Below are positions 52,738 to 64,000 of a stretch of 64,000 bases of DNA, one piece after another. Within the stretch, counting starts at the first letter, position 1. Each line of letters starts with the position of its first letter. The position numbers were made by a program, and so were the translations under genes. Source of the DNA: Octopus vulgaris (lineage: Eukaryota); assembly GCA_951406725.2 (NCBI GenBank), contig OX597826.1:38378001-38442000 (forward strand), given 5' to 3'. The notes under the pieces were generated by a model. It saw nothing but the letters and a program-made list of their open reading frames with translations. It had not been told where the DNA came from and made no database searches.

Positions 52738-53164
52738 TACATACAGGAATGGTAAAGATAGTGAAGTTAAAGAGAAAGTAGTTCTGAAGAAGTGAGGAAT
52801 TTACCTCTAGTAGCACCTTGTAATGGTGCTAGCATTAGCTATGGTGATGGAGCTGATGGTATGATGGTGGTGCCGATGGTGGTGTTGGTGGTGGTGGTGG
52901 TATGGTAATGATGCTTATAATGGTATAGTGACAGTAGTAGTTGTGGTGGTAATGATAATAGCAAAGCAAACAAAACAAAACCAGCATATCACCACCACCA
53001 CCATCACCATTACCTTCGTCATCACTATCACCATCATCATTACCAATACCACTACCACCATCATCATCATCATCACCAATACCACCAACCACCACCACCA
53101 CCACAATCACCTTCATAATCACAATCATCATTCTCACCATCATCACCTTCATTACAATCACAAT

Positions 53165-53195
<31 letters not shown>

Positions 53196-53583
53196 CTCAC
53201 CTCATTTGTGTTGCTGTCATCCTTTGTTTGGAAAGCTCTTCATGGGAATCCTGATATTGAACTGCCTGATTCTTGATTCGCTCTTCCAACGAATGGACGT
53301 CATCTTTCAGATTGTTCACACGTAACTGTAACTCATCTCGCTCAACTTCACTCTGTTTGTTGTTGTTGTTGTTGTTGTTGTTGTTGCATAAATTACATAA
53401 AAGAAAATGTAAGTAGTGGTAGTAGTAGTAGTAGTAGTTGTAGAGAACCACAAACATGTCTACAGAAGCAAACTCAATAAAGAAACAGAACCCACCAAAA
53501 CAGTCCCGGGTCATTATAATCAACCAAGTTCATTGAAGGTAGGTGCCCCAGCATGGGCACAGACCAATAAATGAAACCAGTAA

Positions 53584-53619
<36 letters not shown>

Positions 53620-53995
53620 CCTTTCTACCATAAGTACAAAGCTTGAAATTTTAAGGGGAGGGGACTAGTTGATTACACTGACCCCAGTGTTTTACTGGTC
53701 ATTTTATAGACCCCAAAAGGATGAAAGGCAAAGACAACCTCAGCAGAATTTGAACACAGAACATAAGGGTGGATGAAATGCTGCTAAGCATTTTGCCCAG
53801 CGTGCTAACAATTCTGCTAGCTTGCCGCCTTAATATAATAATAATAACAATAATAATCAGACAAATACATAACAAAGACACCAGGACTAACAAGTATATA
53901 TAATATACGGAAAATAGCACTACAAGGCACACAGAAGTGTGCTTGGAAGTGCAGTGAAAGCACGTGATAAAGATAAAACCACTGAATAATCTTGA

Positions 53996-54040
<45 letters not shown>

Positions 54041-55678
54041 ACAGATAGTTGCCATGGGACCAAATACCTAATCAAGGGACATTAGGAAGAGCATCCAGCC
54101 AAAACAAACATGCAGCCCTCTGGAGCGCATGCTGGATTTTGTTAAACTGTTCAACTCATGCCAGCATGGAAGGCAGATGATAAAAGGGGATGATGCTGAA
54201 GATGATGCTGATGATGAAATCTCTCTTCTCCAGCCACTAACATTGTTTAAAGGAAGGGCAAACACCAATAAAATTGAATGCAAGTATCACCATAGGCAAT
54301 GCCTCCTCAGAGGGCAAAGAGCAGAACCAGGTATCACATGGTACCTCATCCAATGTCTAATCAGAAACAGGTACCACTGGGCATTCAACCCAAAAGACCC
54401 TGCTTACTTATTTAGCAGTTTTAACAGATCCGTGCCGGTGGCACATAAAAAGCACCATCCGATCGTGGCTGTTGCCAGCCTCGCCTGGCCCCCGTGCCGG
54501 TGGCAAGTAAATAGCACCATCCGACCGTGGCCGTTTGCCAGCCCCGTCTGGCACCTGTGCCGGTGACACGTAAAAAGCACCCACTACACTCACGGAGTGG
54601 TTGGCGTTAGGCAGGGCATCCAGCCGTAGAAACATTGCCAGATCAGACTGGGCCTGGTGCAGCCTTCTGGCCTCCCAGACCCCAGTTGAACCGTCCAACC
54701 CATGCTAGCATGGAAAGCGGACGCTAAATGATGATGATGAAAGCAGACAAAAGTACAAACCAAATAACTCACTAGACTTAACTGGCAACTAAGATCTTCC
54801 ACTTTCTGTTCCAGATGAGCTCGTTCAGTTAACGATGAATCTGTGGACAGCTGGAAAGAAGGAAAAAATCCAAGAAAATATTAAAATATTTTGGGAAATC
54901 GAAATCAATGACTGGCATCTGTGCTAGTGGAGTGCTAAGAGCACCATCCGAGTGTGACTGTTGCTAGAGCAACTGACATTACTGACAGTACTTAACACAA
55001 CAAAGCTTTACATTTTACTTTTGACAAGCTTTTTCTAAAAAAGTGAAACCAGTCAAGTAAATAAACATCTGTTAAAATTGCAATTTCAAACCTTCTTTCA
55101 TATATATTTCCACTCGTGTGCTACCTTACAACTTCACTTTGTTATATATATATATAGGCGTACCTTTCTTGCATTAGACACTAAACTCTGCTTGCGAAGA
55201 CCTGTTAAGGCAAGCGAGACTGAAATCAAATTCAATGACAGAACCACGTGACTGGCATCCATGCTAGTGAAGAGCACCATCCAAGCGTGATCATTATCAG
55301 TGTCGCTTTACTGGTACTTGTACCGGTGGTACGTGAAAAACAACATTCGAGCGAGGGCGTTTCCAGTGCCACTTGACTGGCTCCTGTGCAGGTGACACGT
55401 AAAAACACCATTTGAGCTAGGCTGTTGCCAGTACTGCCTGATTGGCCCTCATGCCAGTGGCACGTAAAAAACACCCACTACACTCTCAGAGTGGTTGGCG
55501 TTAGGAAGGGCATCCAGCTGTAGAAACTCTACCAGATCAGATTGGAGCCTGGTGCAACCATCTGGGTCACCAGTCCCCAATCAAACCGTTCAACCCATGC
55601 CAACATGGAAAGTGGACATTAAACGATGATGATGATGATACACATACGTCTATACATATGCATGTATACATATACATC

Positions 55679-55716
<38 letters not shown>

Positions 55717-58700
55717 TATATACATATAAGAGGGATGACCATAGTGGTCATCCTTCTTATATATATGTAATACAATTTACTGAACTTTCAGGTTTTAATA
55801 TGCTAGACCACTGGTGTTAAATTGATGTTAAATTAATATCCAATTTCTCACCCTCATTTTAAATTTATATATATATATACACATACATAATATGTCTGTA
55901 TGTAATGTGGTGGTGTGTGTAATGAGGTGGTGTGTATATGTTGAGGAGGGTGATTGAATTAACTGGAGCAAGAAAACTAAGTAGAGCAAGGAAAACATGA
56001 AGGAGACAGGTGGAGGTGGAGATTAGGAGGGTTAGTTTGTAAAAGGAGGATGCCCAAAATTGGGCAAGATGGCAAGATGGTGTGAGGGCAATTGCTATGG
56101 CACTGAGGTAGATCCAGCCACGCCCCTTGATAGGGACAAAACCTGGATTTAAAACACTGTAAAGCCGAAATATAACAATCTGCTTAATTATCATCACACA
56201 ACACTTGCAACATACTTTAAACCTGAAAATTTAATCAAGCATCAATATAAATTTCTTAACCTTTTCGTTACTGTATTTCTGTTGAGATGCTCCGTGTTTT
56301 TCTCAATTATTTTAGATATAACAAAGAATCTATTAAAATAACATAGTTATCATTAAGCTAGTGTTAGGAACATTAATTATAACTAAGGTTTGGTGGAAGA
56401 TTTTAATTTGAAACTTATGTAAACAAGACATTTGTACGCCAGAGCCAGTTTCAGCCCCAGGTTCATAATGAAAGGGTTAAACCACCTCATCCTGAAGGGG
56501 CTTAGTGAAGTGTATTCTTGCATTTGGCTGATGTCTTATTTTTGAGAACAACCTCAACAGGTGTTATTAGTGCCCTCTTTTTTCCTATGAATGATAATAA
56601 AAATATAAATTCATTAAAAAAAAATCTTAAGACTGCAGCTCAACTATTTAACCCTTTAGCATTCGGATTAATCTGTCAATAGAAATGCTTATTTGTTCAG
56701 ATTATCTTAAAAGACATCATGTATTATCTCATAGCTCTGGGATTTCAATAATGTGATTGTTTATTTTTAGAATGACATTGTCAGCCAGATGTGAGAGGCT
56801 GGATCTGGCCAGTTTGATTATGAAACAGATAAAATATTTGGGCCAGATGTGGCCAGTTTAAATGGTAAAGGGTTAAGATAAGAAATTACCCGAAGTCTTT
56901 CTTGTAAGCTGTCTCTCTCCGTCATTATTCTCTGAAGGTCAGCTGAGGCATTATCTCGTTCATTCTCTACTTGGCGCAACACGGCTTGAGCAGCTAACGA
57001 TGTTCTGGGTGATTTTGGAGAGCGAAGTATTTCTCGTCTCAATTTCTGGAGTTCCTCCTTGGCCTTTAATGATATGATGAGTTAATTTATTACAGATAAT
57101 TAATTAGAGAGTAATTAAAGTAAATGAAACTGTAGTAGAAGAATGAGATAACAGAAGAAAGAGGCAGAAAATAGGTTTTCATTACATCCACCAACACTGC
57201 TCAGAAACCAATTAAAGGATGGAGATGAAACAGAAAAGCCATAATCCAAACTGTTTTATCAAGAGTTCTTGGAATATATTGTCAAGAATTATTCTACAAT
57301 AAAATTATACAATGGTTTGAACAAATAACAGCACTAAACATTTAACACAATAATAATTCCTTCTGACTTCGGCACAGGACCAATTATTAACGAGTCACCA
57401 GGTAGACAAATGATTCAACTCAACTATCTACTCCAGGTAAACAGGTGAGACAATATTTAATATTGCTATCCTCACCCCCGCCCTGCACCAAATTGAAAAA
57501 ACTGTGTGACTAGAGAACCCACAATTCAGGAGAGGACTCAGTATATTTGGAATGCATTGTATATTAGAATTTACTAAGAACAATATCACACACCCACACA
57601 CCACCACTATCACCATACACACACCACACATACAGGTTGCCCCTGGCAACTGGGAACAAAACAAACTACAATAAAACAAACAAATAAAAAAAAACATCAT
57701 ACAGAAAACTATTTCTCCCAGAAAAATGAGACACATGTTCAAGCAAAAATATCTCTGAAACAGGCCATTAGATAAATCCTCCTTCATTCCCTAATGACGG
57801 CCCCAATGCAGCCAGGAAATAACAGCATACCAGGATCAAGTGGCTCCCACCTATGCCCTCCACCATGCTCATGATGGCAACCCTCAATGTGCCCCTGACA
57901 CTATGGAGGCCACTGTCTGGTTTCATCCCTGATGATGCTCCAAAAGTAGAAATCTACAGGTTTGAAACCCAGAGAGCCAGGAGGGCACATGCTTTTATAG
58001 GTACATGATTACATGGTACTCGCAGAACTTCACAGACATGTGCTCTCCCTCCTCATCACATAGGATCAGCACCTGAGGTCTTTCTGGGCCATATGCCTGA
58101 TGGTAGACTTTGCCACTTTTGTGCCCTCATCACAGACATAAGAAAAAAAATAGGAATGAGATAATTGATAAATGAGAACCAATGAAAGAACTTACTCCAT
58201 CATACATGTCTTTGAGGTTGTCTCGTTCTTTAGTTAACACTTTTACATTAGCACGAACCTACAACAAAATAAAAATGTATTTGTAATAGCAAGAATGATG
58301 ATGACGACGATGAAGAGGAGGAGGTGAAAGTATTGCGGCAAGAAGGTGCAAGTGTAGTTGTGTGGTAAGAGGTTTTGCTCCCCAACCACATGTTTCTAGG
58401 TTCAGTCCCACTACGTGGCACCTTGGGCAAGTGTCTTCTACAGTAACCAGAGGCCAACCAAAGCCTTCTGAATGGATTTGGTAGATGGAAACCAAGAGAA
58501 GCCCATCATGTATATATATATATATAAGAGAATAAAGGGTATGTACACCGCTATATATATATATAAAATACCAAATGGGACAAGAATGCAAAACATTCAG
58601 AAGACAATACAAAAAACACGGACGGGTCATTCGAAGCTTTCAATCTTCAGTCAAGAACCGGATCATCTTCGCAATTTTGGCTGATTAATCTTGATATATA

Positions 58701-61700
58701 TATATATATATATATATATGAATGAATGTGTGTGTGTGTGAGTGTGTGTGAGTGAGTGAGTGCATGTCTATGTCTCATTGTCGTTATATTGCATGACAGT
58801 TGTAAATGAGTGTCACTGTCATACAAGCAGTGTCCTTTCCAATATTCCGTGAAAAACGTACCTGGCCATGGAGGAGAAATATTAACTTGCTTAGAAACAG
58901 GTGATGGTTGGCAACAGGAAAGGCATCCAGCCCTAGAAAATATACCTCTACAAATTCCATCCAACCCATGCAAGCATGGAAAAATGGACATTATAATGAT
59001 GACGATGAAAATGATGATGATGATGATGTGTGTGTATAGGTAAAGAAGCTTGCTTCCAAGCCATGTGGTTTTGAATTCAGTCCTACTGGATGGCATCTTG
59101 GGCAAGTGTCTTTTATTATAGACCTGGGACAACCAAAACCCTGATGAATTTGAAGAAGTTCATCGTGTGTGTGTGCACACACGTATGCGTGAGTGTGTCA
59201 TGCTTACTGATAGTGACAAAGAATCTTTGTTTTGCAAGTTACTTGGAGTCCCTACCAATGCTGGTACCATGTAAAAAGCATCCAGTCCACAATGTAAAGT
59301 GTGGTTAGCATTTGGAAGGGCATTTGTAAACAGCCATCTTTCCCTTTTTCTGACAAGGATGTAGTCAATTTGACTAGTGTGTCTGCCAGAATGGAAGGTG
59401 ACTAGGTGACTGGTAGGTTTCCTGAAGTTAGTATTGCAAACCATAAGATCATTTGCATCGCAGAACTCCAGCAGTCTGGTTCCCTCCTCATTGCGGGAAC
59501 CAAAACCGTAGCCTCCATGTATGCCATGGAAGCCCCCTGTATGTTGTCCAACATGTCCATTGAAGTCACCAGCCACAAAGAGAAGATCCTTGTCATTTTT
59601 CAACGAGGTAGTCTGCAAGAGGGTGTCATGAGGAACCTAGCGGAACCTCCTCTTCACCTTACTTCTTGGAGGCAGCACAAATCGACACATCTCCATTCAA
59701 GCATCTCAACAATCTCACCAGGCCTACCTTTCAGTGTGCCGACGTTGAGAGTGCCAACCCTGAGGGTATGGGAGGTGTGGGCCTGTGAGACCCTGGGACG
59801 GGGGACAGCAGTGTCATGTACCTGAAAAGAAAGCTTGCATTTGGCAGAATTCATAAACAAACAATAGCCTTCAATTCAACCTGCATACACTACACCATCA
59901 TACTTATGCACTATATGATCACTACCTTACATAGGAAATAAACCCTAAGTAGGGGTGGGGATGGCGTAAAGCCTTTAGAAGTGTTCATGGGAGACAACCA
60001 AAGGATGACAGAGGATAGGAACTTCCACAGGTAGAGGGGGTGGGAGGGCGGGTGTACTGCGAATTAGCAAATTTAGACGAGAGCATCTTCTGGATACATA
60101 TTCTTTCAGCAGAGGTATTTAAAATTAAGTAGGGCAATCCGAGTGCGTGCGTTAGTTTATATACAGTGGGGTGGGGAGTCTTGGCGAAGCAAGTGGTAAT
60201 CGAAAGAGAGAGAGAGACAGACATACAGACAGAGTGAGGCTGAGAGAGAGGGAGACAGAGTGAGGCAGAGAGAGAGAGAGGGAGTGCCAGAGTTGGTCAG
60301 AACACGAGGGAGAAAAATATTTTTGGGGATTGGGATTTGGGTACATTATTTAACGAAACAGCAAATTTAGATAATAGTAAAATAGAATTGAAAAATCTTA
60401 GAATTTTTAGTCAGTCAATCTATGACAAAATTAGAGAAATAAGTGGTGGTGTGATAAACTTGAATAAATAAATATGTGGCGATTAAAGGATATGTGTGAA
60501 CTAAGGCTATCTTAAGGCAACAACGAGGAAGACGAAACTATTGAAACTATATTTACATGTTTACATGGTAATGAAATAGATAGAATAATGAAAAGAACTA
60601 ATAAGGGGTTTATGATCTGAGCAGAAACAGAAGAGTAGACAAACAAGGTTGAAAGACAAAATTACTTATTTGATGATCATCTGAGATTCGTATCCTTTTG
60701 GCAGAGGTATTGGTTGTAAAACAATGCCTCAATAATATACTCCTCTGATCCATGTTAGCATGGCAAAATGAATGTAAACACACACACACACACACGCATA
60801 CAATTCTTACCTCGTTCATATGACGTTCAAATTTCTCAAGCATGTCTTTCATCTTGTCCCTTTCTTCTCTTGCTTTCTGTAATTCTTCATCATTGTAATT
60901 CTGGTTCTAACAAGAAATGTTCAGAAACATGAGTGACAAAATCAGAACTGTTCATATGAGCAACATAAAGGGTTGCTATCATCACTAGTAAAGAAAGAGC
61001 CAGCCATCAACTGCAAGCAAGTAGGGTTTGCTAGCATGTACCATGCTTTCACTAATTGTTTTAGGTGCCTGTGGAGTCATGAGCAAACACAGACAACCAA
61101 TCATCCACCTCCCATTTTTTGACCCAGTGGCACATTTAAGATGTGACAGCTGATGTTGGAGAGGGCTGCACCAGCACTTAACAGGTTCTCATGTTCAGGA
61201 GAGGAGACTATAGCAATGAAGTAAAGTGCCTTGCTCAAGGACACAATGTCTTGTCCAGGAATTGAAACCAGGATATTATGATCGTGAGCCCCTAACCCCT
61301 AGGCCAAGTATCTTTGTGACTTACCCATTATAAGTACAAATAATTCATTATGCATCATTTCTGTGTGCTAGGGTAGGTAGGTACTTTGAAAATGCCTCAT
61401 ATAGTAATAACCAAAACCTGCACAGTTCCAAGCTTCCTTTGGCAAGGTATAGCACTTGTTTGGTCACTCTGCCAGGGATGCAGCAAACCCATGGGACGGC
61501 AGCACAGTGGGCAGTGAAGAGGTTAGCAGAAGGGTTCAACTAAGCCAATGGTGCTTCTTACAATGATGCTGAGCAGAGGAATCCAAAGTCAGCAGTCAGG
61601 ATCACTAAGATCAATCAAGAGAGTAACTGCAACACATCTGGTGAAATCAGCTAATAGAAGATTCATTATGAATCAAGTTTCAAATTCAAATATGAATAGA

Positions 61701-63000
61701 ATTGGATGGCAACAGAGAGTCACAGGAATCCATGAAAGAGTGCAGCTGGATGATGATAAGCAATTAAAATTACATCTAATCGAATTAAAGAACTTTTCTC
61801 TCTCTCTCTCAGAATTCAAGTAGACAGTGCCGTGAAAGTGCTGTGGAAGCCCATTCACAGAGTTCCTTTCCTCCAAGAAATAGGAATGGATTAAACCAGA
61901 GGCTGGCAACCTTTTCTCGTGTAGTATACTGTCCAAAGAAACGAGAGAACAAGGTAGACGTACACAGATCCGTTGTACAGCATGGAACAGTTAAAAAGTA
62001 AACTAACCATGGCGAGAACTTATTAGTTTAATGGTTAATTCTAGCTACAAAGAGTAAGGGAGATAACCCTTGCCAGAATGAGGCTAAATATGCATATATT
62101 ATGTTAATTATTGAATTCTAATTAGCTGACTTGAAAGAAAAAGTATTTAGCTTGCTCTCAAATTACATTCTCCTAATATAAAGGGAAACATGAGATAATT
62201 TAATGCAAGGTTCCTTGTGCACTGGAAACTGATGGGATGAATATGGTTGGAATGGCTTCAACCATAGGTTTCTGCAATTAGGGGAGGCTAAGGCTAAATG
62301 GCAAAACTAAAGTAAAAAACTGTCATTTACATTGAAGAAACAACTAATAATCTCTATGTGTGTGTGTATACAAGCAGCATCTGCATTATCACTATATATA
62401 TAGAGAGAGATTTATTACTGAGAGAATTTACTCAGACAGCAAATCCACAAAAGATAATAATTAAGATAGTGTAGAAATACTCATGCAATGAAGAAAAGTC
62501 ATCATTTTATGTGTCTGGGTTACACCATAATTTATGTACTGGAAATATGCTAATTTCTCATTCTCACTATGCATGTACAATATTGTAGACCTACTCAGGG
62601 ATTCTTTTATCGTTAATTTAGCAAGTACAGTGAAGTTTATACTTTGCTGAAGAGACTTAACAAAACTGAAACATGCCTGGAATTATCTCCTACATTAGCA
62701 AAGTTTATTAAAGTAATACAAATTATTGATTAATATTGTCATTTCCTCGTCATGCAATTATTTCTTATTTCATTGGTTATGTTAACACTAAAACTAATTG
62801 AAGTCATTTAAGGTTGACATCCACTTCTTTTAGATATATTTTCTCTCAAAGACAGCAGAAGAATGGAATCTTACCTTGTTAGATTGAGGACGTTTGGGAC
62901 TCGTAGATCTCCTGATAGCTTTCAGCTGTTCGTATTCGGATTTAAAGTAATCCCGTTCTTGCTCCAACAACTGACATATTCGTTCGTAATGAGAAATTGT
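39222..63000 (-). CDS. CEP135: Centrosomal protein of 135 kDa, 3' 16 coding exons (5' part outside window)
   Basis: 16 GT-AG exons splice in frame to 2193 nt (730 aa + stop). Coiled-coil with CEP135 motifs EQERDYFKSE, MLEKFERHM, ENKRLQEDLAVMTSENQ, NLEELLQNNREKEFHS, EKFERERAVQELRRHG. Confidence 0.92.
40213..40490. repeat. ~35-bp minisatellite
   Basis: tatatagtcactttgtatggtggccctgaatgacc in about 7 degenerate copies. Confidence 0.85.
40867..40959 (-). CDS. CEP135: CEP135 exon
   Basis: ERAVQELRRHGISPP; AG/GT boundaries. Confidence 0.9.
41766..42094 (+). mobile_element. Short Helitron-like element
   Basis: A|TCtccatatatataaa...gtctgtctg start typical of Helitron 5' ends; a CTAG at 42091-42094. 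Confidence 0.4.
42317..42421 (-). CDS. CEP135: CEP135 exon
   Basis: QSQSRDIASLRTRNVELEGDIERFRRQLTSEKFE. Confidence 0.9.
42627..43142. mobile_element. Mariner-like non-autonomous element with ~25-bp TIRs
   Basis: ggtttgatagcaaaatgcaataa ... ttattgcattttgcaatcaacc. Confidence 0.6.
43150..43458 (-). mobile_element. RTE-associated SINE-like repeat
   Basis: Same family as 622-905. Confidence 0.7.
43953..44320 (+). mobile_element. tRNA-derived SINE inserted in a (CAG/CAA)n tract
   Basis: A-box tggcccaatgattagg, B-box ggtttcgattccc; flanked on both sides by CAG/CAA repeats. Confidence 0.7.
44612..44814 (-). CDS. CEP135: CEP135 exon
   Basis: LHSQILDMKQEADTLREQLSTERKSVKNLEELLQNNREKEFHSQ...NESKL. 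Confidence 0.92.
46199..46408 (-). CDS. CEP135: CEP135 exon
   Basis: HLGAQQAYELQVSNLNRTLSKLEE...VRDLCCRLEASKESLQRQ. Confidence 0.92.
46853..47038 (-). CDS. CEP135: CEP135 exon
   Basis: EQERSDMLEQYRTLSAEAEQYQ...DIEIHE. Confidence 0.92.
47158..47268 (-). CDS. CEP135: CEP135 exon
   Basis: VINKDLQNCLEEKDSLKKQIQSYMMEVQRVGDLLSSK. Confidence 0.9.
47944..48112 (-). CDS. CEP135: CEP135 exon
   Basis: HVNSSLSLKEREMKSIKRQLD...LRENKRLQEDLAVMTSENQ. Confidence 0.92.
48113..48550. repeat. 23/27-bp minisatellite at the CEP135 acceptor, split by a piggyBac MITE (48284-48494)
   Basis: acaacagaagaagaatgacagaatatt repeats; TTAA-CCCTTTAG...AGAG-TTAA insertion. Confidence 0.85.
50225..50280 (-). CDS. CEP135: CEP135 exon
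   Basis: DRTISDFKVQISQLESQL; ttttcag acceptor, gtgagt donor. Confidence 0.85.
50782..51398 (-). mobile_element. (AAT)n-embedded element, second copy of 14100-14614
   Basis: Reverse complement match, with a nested ~90-bp fragment at ~50858-50949. Confidence 0.85.
51448..51820 (-). mobile_element. Two tandem SINE copies (family also at 53620-53830)
   Basis: Shared tcctttcta...ggcacaaggcctgaaattt...gaaaggcaaagtc...gaatttgaactcag motif. Confidence 0.7.
52008..52278 (-). CDS. CEP135: CEP135 exon
   Basis: LLAEEAERSL...MDREKDSLQMTVDEKTERL...LLAK. Confidence 0.92.
52507..52582 (+). ncRNA. Intact type I hammerhead ribozyme (Penelope pLTR-type)
   Basis: gtct-CTGATGA-[tggaataccaagtg...cacttgggttatccca]-GAAA-cagctg-TA^agac: stem I gtct/agac, long stem II, palindromic stem III ACAGCTGT, GUA cleavage after 52578. 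Confidence 0.85.
52835..53200. repeat. Compound GGT/GAT and CAC/CAT trinucleotide low-complexity tract
   Basis: Directly visible. Confidence 0.9.
53201..53352 (-). CDS. CEP135: CEP135 exon
   Basis: SEVERDELQLRVNNLKDD...MTATQMR; phases match both neighbouring exons. Confidence 0.85.
54430..54740 (+). mobile_element. RTE-associated SINE-like repeat
   Basis: Highly similar to 16365-16660. Confidence 0.75.
54773..54850 (-). CDS. CEP135: CEP135 exon
   Basis: LSTDSSLTERAHLEQKVEDLSCQLSL. Confidence 0.85.
55160..55640 (+). mobile_element. RTE-associated SINE-like repeat
   Basis: Colinear with 16175-16660; (GAT)n tail. Confidence 0.7.
56260..56476. mobile_element. piggyBac-type MITE (second family)
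   Basis: TTAA-CCTTTTCG...GAAAGGG-TTAA; relatives at 63295-63502 and 39536-39720. Confidence 0.75.
56652..56872. mobile_element. piggyBac-type MITE
   Basis: TTAA-CCCTTTAG...TAAAGGG-TTAA. Confidence 0.8.
56890..57063 (-). CDS. CEP135: CEP135 exon
   Basis: AKEELQKLRREILRSPKSP...ERDNASADLQRIMTERDSLQERLR. Confidence 0.9.
58196..58258 (-). CDS. CEP135: CEP135 exon
   Basis: VRANVKVLTKERDNLKDMYDG. Confidence 0.9.
58525..58694 (-). mobile_element. Short copy of the rearranged-hammerhead family nested in a SINE (TA)n tract
   Basis: gacgggtcattcgaagc...tcttcagtcaagaaccggatcatc...gattaatcttga followed directly by (TA)n. Confidence 0.8.
59325..59825 (-). mobile_element. RTE-clade LINE endonuclease fragment
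   Basis: LRVGTLNVGTLKGR...VDLCCLQEVR; FVAGDFNGHVG...GYGFGSRNEEGTRLLEFC...QIDYILVRK. Confidence 0.9.
60811..60906 (-). CDS. CEP135: CEP135 exon
   Basis: NQNYNDEELQKAREERDKMKDMLEKFERHMNE. Confidence 0.9.
62875..63000 (-). CDS. CEP135: CEP135 exon
   Basis: TISHYERICQLLEQERDYFKSEYEQLKAIRRSTSPKRPQSNK. Confidence 0.88.
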
Positions 63001-63294
63001 CTAAAAATACAAATATACAAACAACTATTGGTATGTGGAAACACAACGGAACTTATACGTACATATACATATCTATATAGAAATACACACGCACACACTA
63101 ACAGATACACATTCATACACACACATACAGATATACACTGCTATATATGAAGTTAAGTTTTTTTCTTTTCATTGTCGCGACTAAATTCCTGTATTTGTTC
63201 TGCACAAAAGAAATTCTCAGTTTTAAATAAAAACATTAACCACAACACATTTTGAATGCTTTTCTCTCATCTGGACCTTACAAAATCTACTTAA

Positions 63295-63502
63295 CCCTTT
63301 TGTTGCTGTATTTCTTTGTTTTTCTCAATTACATTAAATATAACAAAGAATTTAGTAAAATAACTTAGTTATCATTCAGCTAGTGTTAGGAACATAAATT
63401 GTGACTAAGGTTTAGTGGAAGATTTTAATTCAAAACTTTAAAAAGTAAGACATTTGTACTACAGAGCCAGAGCCAGTTTTAGCCGGGTTGGTAACAAAAG
63501 GG
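63295..63502. mobile_element. piggyBac-type MITE (second family)
   Basis: TTAA-CCCTTTTG...CAAAAGGG-TTAA. Confidence 0.8.
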
Positions 63503-64000
63503 TTAAACATAAAGTAACACTCACATACATACACACACACACAATCATCATCATCGTCATCCTCCCATTCAGCATCTTCCTATCAAACCTCGTTGCTTCT
63601 TCCCAAAACATTTCTAGTCTTCCCCTTCCACACATTCATTCCATCTTTATCATTTTATACTTTCCCATCCAATTACTTTCCTCCATACACATCACCAACT
63701 CAAATCTTATACTCACACTACACCTCACTCCTCCTGTAGCCAGTCATTCCACACCCAACAGAGCCTCCACCCTCCTCATTACTTTCCAACCGCCACATAT
63801 CCTCCTCTTTCTCAACACCCACGTCCCTCAACAATCCAATATCATACACTATGCACAAACATCATGAAATCTAACGATCAGTCGGCAAGGAAAGCTTTGT
63901 TTTGTTGTTGTTGTTTTTTAATCCCATTCGACCAGGACCCAGCTGACCTCTGCGCAAAAGGCACTCCAGCCATGACCACTACCTCTTTGTATTTGAGTCT

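Noticed and set aside
60000-60600. Possible Penelope GIY-YIG 3' end (ESIFWIHIL)
   Set aside because: Single short motif; insufficient to call.

Overview
AT-rich, microsatellite- and transposon-dense animal genomic DNA. The SINE/LINE repertoire and long-intron gene structure look like Octopus (cephalopod); this is an inference. Host genes: (i) the 3' 16 coding exons (730 aa when spliced by hand) of CEP135 on the minus strand, 39222-63000, with 5' exons beyond the window; (ii) a METTL7/TMT1-like methyltransferase on the plus strand (10488-18295) that appears to lack about 40 internal codons. The rest is mobile DNA: a CR1-like LINE, RTE, CRE and Penelope RT relics, a Helitron with a Pif1 fragment, mariner relics, piggyBac MITEs, tRNA-derived SINEs and a ~2.5 kb local duplication. 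The most notable element is a near-perfect 5.5-copy tandem array of a 780-bp non-coding unit (24229-28538) inserted in a (TA)n tract. On the minus strand each unit carries all three hammerhead ribozyme core segments in reversed, non-circularly permuted order. Three dispersed relatives show hammerhead-like variation, and one begins exactly at the predicted cleavage site. This suggests a retrozyme-like mobile RNA using a rearranged hammerhead. Canonical Penelope-type hammerheads also occur, one intact at 52507-52582.
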